Origin: a bacterium | GTDB lineage: Bacteria > Patescibacteriota > Microgenomatia > JAMCZE01 | Assembly (NCBI GenBank): GCA_021788195.1 | Contig: JAJYKY010000002.1 | Coordinates: 1-45,421 of the forward strand | Direction of reading: 5' to 3' | DNA: 45,421 nt | Shown here: one piece after another, positions 43,269 through 45,421 of the stretch | Layout: every line of letters starts with the position of its first letter | Position numbering within the stretch: position 1 is the first letter of the stretch | Notes under the pieces: model-generated | What the model was told of the DNA's origin: nothing | Databases searched by the model: none | The model's input: the letters and a program-made list of their open reading frames with translations, nothing else | Translations under genes and position numbers: made by a program

Positions 43269-43829
43269 ATGAAGGTTTTTCTGCTTGTTGTCGGTGTAGT
43301 AGTGGTAGCGGCCGGAGGATTTCTCGTCTACAAAAACCAGGCTCATCCGGGTTCAAATAAAACCGCCGGGACAACCAATAAATCTTCCCAGAAAGCAGTT
43401 CACAAGATGGTGGTTGACTGCAGTATTTACGAGAAAAAACCGGACTATAAAAATATGCCGGCTGACCTTCGTGATCTGACCAGACAAACCATGGAGGATC
43501 CCAATAATGCTTTTGTCGCCGGAGACAGGGGCAATCTGCCGGCTGATTTTCCGGCTGTGGCGGATAAATCGAAACTTTGCGGCAGTATTAGGGGGTTCAA
43601 GGCAACTTATTACACCACCTCTCTTTCCGACGACGATTTGTTTAAATGGATGATTCCCAAACTAAAAGCCTATGGTTGTGATACCGAACCTCCCCAACAC
43701 GGGAAGAGTAGTAAATACCTTTATTACATGAACTTTACCTGTCCCGGAGCGAAGGGATTGGTGGGAACCGATCCGGAAAGATTTGCTTACGGCATAATCT
43801 ATCCTGCAACCTCCGGAGATAGTAACTAA
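43269..43829 (+). CDS. hypothetical exported protein with an N-terminal anchor/signal
   Basis: MKVFLLVVGVVVVAAGGFLVY, and four Cys in the mature part. Confidence 0.5.
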   Translation: MKVFLLVVGVVVVAAGGFLVYKNQAHPGSNKTAGTTNKSSQKAVHKMVVDCSIYEKKPDYKNMPADLRDLTRQTMEDPNNAFVAGDRGNLPADFPAVADKSKLCGSIRGFKATYYTTSLSDDDLFKWMIPKLKAYGCDTEPPQHGKSSKYLYYMNFTCPGAKGLVGTDPERFAYGIIYPATSGDSN

Positions 43830-43891
43830 CTCCATTAGAGAGATATTCTGTTAAAATATCTCCTATATGCTCTAAGTAGGGATGAGATTAA

Positions 43892-44543
43892 CATAGTCCC
43901 CCAATACTATCCTGGGAGCAAGCCATTCAATTAGTATCGTTTCCGCTTGATGGTATCATTGCCGAATTTGGTCCTGGAGTATCTCCAAAAATCCAGTTCG
44001 CATTAAAATCAACACAATTCAAAGGAAAATTGGTGCTTGTTGATACTAATGAACAAGCCTTGGTTATCCAAAATGTTGTTTATGGTTTATCAAAACCGAA
44101 TTTTGAAGTCGAAACACGCCAGAAAGATTTATTTGATATTCCATTTGAGAGCTTAGATTTAGTTGCAGCTAATCATTTTATTGATGATTTGGTTGCCGTT
44201 GAATATGCTCGAATTTGGGGATTGGATTACGCGCTTGTATTTAGTAATCCGGATCTTCAGCAAGAATTTTGGGCAAGGGTGAGCATAGATTTGCAACCAG
44301 GAAGGGATATTATGAGAAAAATTTACTCAAAAATTTGAAGATTTACGAAGAAATCGTTCTTTGATAGTTAATACATATAAACCAAATTTTGATAAACAGC
44401 ATGAAATCGATACTCGGGCAACTGTTTGCACCGAATTTCTTGTTACATTCAGTCAGTTTATGCGAGAAATTGGGTTTTCTGATATTGCAAAATCAGAAAA
44501 CTTGTCACAAAATGGAGACTGGCTATTAATGCAAAAGAATTAG
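43892..44543 (+). pseudogene. class I SAM-dependent methyltransferase remnant (no start before motif I, frame break near 44320-44340)
   Basis: The stop-free frame from about 43892 encodes LDGIIAEFGPGVSPK (motif I) with no ATG/GTG/TTG before the TTG at 44030. The track ORFs 44030..44338 and 44361..44543 are in different frames. The downstream frame is open from about 44316 (EKFTQKFEDLRRNRSLIVNTY). Confidence 0.5.
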
Positions 44544-44547
44544 TTCT

Positions 44548-45039
44548 ATGGATGGAGTAATCGGGGTTGTTTTTATCAAGGGAAATAAGGTCCTTCTTCA
44601 AAAAAGACGAGATATCCCCGTTTGGTCCCTACCGGGAGGAGGCATCGATAAGGGTGAAAGTCCGGAAAAAGCAGTGGTTAGAGAAATCTATGAAGAAACA
44701 GGGATAAAATCAAAAGTTGTTAGACAAATTGCCGAATATTCATTTAAGTCTGGTAAAAAAAATTATTTTTTTGAGTGTGAACAAATAGGAGGAGCTCCTC
44801 AGACAAGTGGCGAATCAAGCGATGTTAATTACTTCTCAATAGAGAAATTGCCAACGCCATATGACCCAATCGTACCTCAATTGATTAGCGATGCTCTTAA
44901 GAATAATAAGGAAATTATAAAGAGACAGCTTAAGACTATAACCTTAAAAAACGCTGTTTATTACTTCATAACTAACCCTAAAATAGTGCTGAGGTACATT
45001 TATAAGGTTTTCGGCAAGAAGAAAAGAGTTTCTTTTTAA
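44548..45039 (+). CDS. NUDIX hydrolase
   Basis: Nudix box GGGIDKGESPEKAVVREIYEETGI. Confidence 0.85.
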   Translation: MDGVIGVVFIKGNKVLLQKRRDIPVWSLPGGGIDKGESPEKAVVREIYEETGIKSKVVRQIAEYSFKSGKKNYFFECEQIGGAPQTSGESSDVNYFSIEKLPTPYDPIVPQLISDALKNNKEIIKRQLKTITLKNAVYYFITNPKIVLRYIYKVFGKKKRVSF

Positions 45040-45421
45040 TTTTTAATATTGAAAGGAATTCTTTATTAATATCTTCTGTGCGTGTTTAGTATAGCGACAG
45101 CACATAGAAACGTTTGTACCCGAAAGAATATGATTCGACCTGCGCCAGAAAATTCAATTTCTTCTAAATTATCTATGTCTTGTGGAATTCCCGAAAAAAG
45201 ATCCACATAATCTCCGGATTTATAAACAGGACCTTTAGAGTTAAAACATTTATAGTCACTCGAGGGGATATAGTTGAACTTGTTTATTAAAGGTTTAAAG
45301 TCTGATAACTTTTTTAGTTCGCACTGAGATAGTAACGAAATATAAGTTTGTAGTTCTCGTCCTTTCCAAAGTCTCCAATTAAAGGGTTAATGGCTACTTT
45401 TGGGGAAACTGTATCTGTTTG

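Noticed and set aside
1-45421. Alternative genetic code (UGA or UAG reassignment, as in some CPR lineages).
   Set aside because: All conserved genes are full-length under the standard code and terminate at TAA, TAG or TGA. No conserved protein shows in-frame stops. The only exceptions are the decayed loci discussed above.
1-45421. tRNA, rRNA, tmRNA, RNase P or SRP RNA genes in the larger spacers (1501-1783, 6205-6478, 36833-37286, 41200-41690, 43108-43268).
   Set aside because: No cloverleaf-compatible arms, GTTCRANYC T-loop or SRP GGAA/AGCA motifs were found by eye. A proper covariance-model scan is still advisable.

Overview
This 45.4-kb window reads like a reduced-genome bacterium of the Patescibacteria/CPR type. 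That is an inference from gene content, not a search result. I see about 55 protein-coding genes and no rRNA, tRNA, CRISPR array, transposase or integrase.

- **1-19.4 kb, mostly housekeeping strings:** NUDIX and tmk; rpsB-tsf-frr-rseP-proS; a Y-family polymerase with a small overlapping partner; a TPR-bearing GT-C glycosyltransferase; rpsU-yqeY-ybeY-dnaX-ybaB-recR; a DUF59 protein and an LD-carboxypeptidase; a PaaX/Cas2-fold regulator bracketed by two near-identical palindromes; cysS; an ATP-cone/PD-(D/E)xK nuclease fusion; and a ZIP transporter.
- **19.7-24.1 kb, copper island:** a Met-rich anchor protein, copA, csoR with its operator, a DsbD_2-cupredoxin fusion and copZ.
- **24.1-38.9 kb:** an exonuclease/GIY-YIG fusion, a PAP2-like/DUF2207 gene broken by a frameshift, a PEBP protein, alpha-glucan genes (debranching enzyme, GT4, malQ) split by a 3.5-kb accessory block, and an ABC-2 exporter.
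- **38.9-45.4 kb, accessory or eroded:** an acyltransferase remnant, secreted hypotheticals including a degenerate LytM-like protein, and an FNR-like reductase. It ends in a visibly AT-richer terminal block holding a decayed methyltransferase and a second NUDIX gene.

Three signals cut across the window:
- Many genes carry a -10-like hexamer 5-7 nt from the start codon and no Shine-Dalgarno sequence, which suggests leaderless mRNAs.
- Most intergenic spacers of the housekeeping strings are occupied by AT-rich palindromes or heptad arrays.
- Several reading-frame breaks sit at or next to A/T homopolymers.

All product calls come from motifs I recognised by eye. No database search was run.
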